A stretch of DNA of 60,231 bases, the filler included, from Sphacelaria rigidula (Eukaryota), in the NCBI GenBank assembly GCA_964200075.2. It is 4 parts of 4 records of this genome, joined end to end, with 100 filler letters (N's around TTAATTAATTAA, not from the genome) between each part and the next. Parts side by side here need not be neighbours in the genome. Positions count along the whole stretch, not along the records: positions 45,251 to 60,231 come from CAXNAA020001967.1; 3 more parts are not named here. The stretch is one strand, 5' to 3'. Position numbers and translations under genes: made by a program. How positions within the stretch are numbered: position 1 is the stretch's first letter; each line of letters begins with the position of its first letter. Below the pieces are notes generated by a model. The model saw only the letters and a program-made list of their open reading frames with translations, searched no databases and was not told the origin of the DNA. Positions 59,057 through 60,231 of the stretch are shown here, in pieces.

Positions 59057-59200
59057 TGGTGACGGTCCTCTGAAGTATAGTGATGGTCCCAGGTAGTGTA
59101 GTGATGGTCCCATGTAGAGTAGTGATGGTCCCAGGTAGTGTAGTGATGGTCCCATGTAGTTTAGTGATGGTCCCATGTAGTGTTGTGATGATCCAATGTA
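59057..59200. repeat. 21-bp tandem repeat (~6-7 units) in the element leader
   Basis: GTAGTGATGGTCCCA(G/T)GTAGT units; fewer units at 52675-52758 in unit 1. Confidence 0.9.
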
Positions 59201-60231
59201 GTGGCGACACAATGACAATGCAGTGGCGACATGTTGTGGCGTGGAGCGGAAGCGAATCCATACGACTTGACCCGCGCAATGACTTTTCACGATGCCGCAC
59301 ATCAATCAATCATAGTAGGGGCCATTCGTCATTTGCCGGGCGTTGAACATGTTTCGCCGCCAGGATGACTCCAGCATAGAAGCCCCGTGTGTTGGCCAGA
59401 AATTCATTCGGACTCACATAGAATGATCGCACAACTGCTCGAGCAGTCCTCTTAGGTACGAAGTTGCACAGTGCGAACACGCTGCCACAGCACACAGTAC
59501 AGTGCAAACACCATGCGATCACGTACCTGGCGAATATGGTGCAAACACCATGCTAACACGTACCTGACCAACATGGTAGGTACCTGGGCACCAGATCCAA
59601 CAGCAGCTGTTTTCTGTCACAGTACACACCTGAATGATGAAAGTGGGTTACCGTCTCGCAATCCCTCCGGGTGCACAGCCCCAACAACCGCCGCCCCTGT
59701 GTACTTTGCGCACGCATGTTCGCCGGTTTCAGTCTCGGGACACTTCCCTCTCCAGGAGTGGATCAACAGCACTTCCCTCCTGCCTCCGGAGCACTTCGTA
59801 CACAGCGTGCCCGCTGTGGGTCACATTGATCGGACGTGCGGTAATTTAAGATCCCGATCTGGACTTTTTGAATTTTGAATTTTGAAATTGTGAAAAAACA
59901 GTCCTCGTACACGGAAGCAGGCGCACGTGACATGATGAATCACAGGACGTACCTATGCTGTCGTGTTAGCACGGAAGGTGGCAAGCATACGCTGCAGCCA
60001 GGTGTCCCAGCTCCATTCTGCCCAGCTGCTGATCTCTTCGAGTAACCAACAGGCATGTAAGATTCTGGCACCTAAACACGTGATCGTTGCTCAGAAGACC
60101 CCCCGCTGAACAGAAAGCACGATTGATGCACTACTGTACACCGTATGCAAACACAACGCGAAACAGTGCAGCTCTACAGCGATGCGACTATGCAGTACTG
60201 CTTACATTCTCGATTGGTCACCATGTCGTGG

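Larger units (their letters stand above)
46595..60231 (-). mobile_element. Tandem array of a non-autonomous (LARD-like) LTR element: LTR-internal-LTR-internal-LTR
   Basis: LTRs at 46595-47046, 53879-54328 and 60224-end; collinear homologous internal regions 47047-53878 and 54329-60223; PBS and PPT in each unit; no intact gag/pol ORF. Confidence 0.92.

Overview
Eukaryotic, transposon-dense DNA, most likely from a brown alga (Phaeophyceae). This is an inference from the NB-ARC-TPR gene architecture and the retroelement families. The window is not contiguous genome. It is four pieces of 14985, 14983, 14982 and 14981 bp joined by identical 100-bp linkers (N44-TTAATTAATTAA-N44), i.e. size-sorted unplaced contigs. 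Contig 1 (1-14985) holds a decayed ~12.9-kb Ty3/gypsy element (minus strand) with a very long gag and apparently discordant LTRs. Contig 2 (15086-30068) is a nest of MITEs, a solo LTR containing a hAT element, and a Mutator-like element containing an RTE LINE. Contig 3 (30169-45150) carries the only convincing host gene, an NB-ARC-TPR (NLR-like) gene with an intronless TPR array whose distal ~9 repeats are degraded. Upstream of it lie a copia-derived LTR element with non-canonical TA...TA ends and a pogo-like transposase remnant. Contig 4 (45251-60231) is a copia RT/RNase H fragment interrupted by a tandem LTR-internal-LTR-internal-LTR array of a non-autonomous element that carries LINE fragments as cargo. 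A recurring signal is a set of non-LTR elements ending in TGAG(T/A)AC plus a C-run instead of poly(A), inserted at G-runs with 18-20-bp TSDs.
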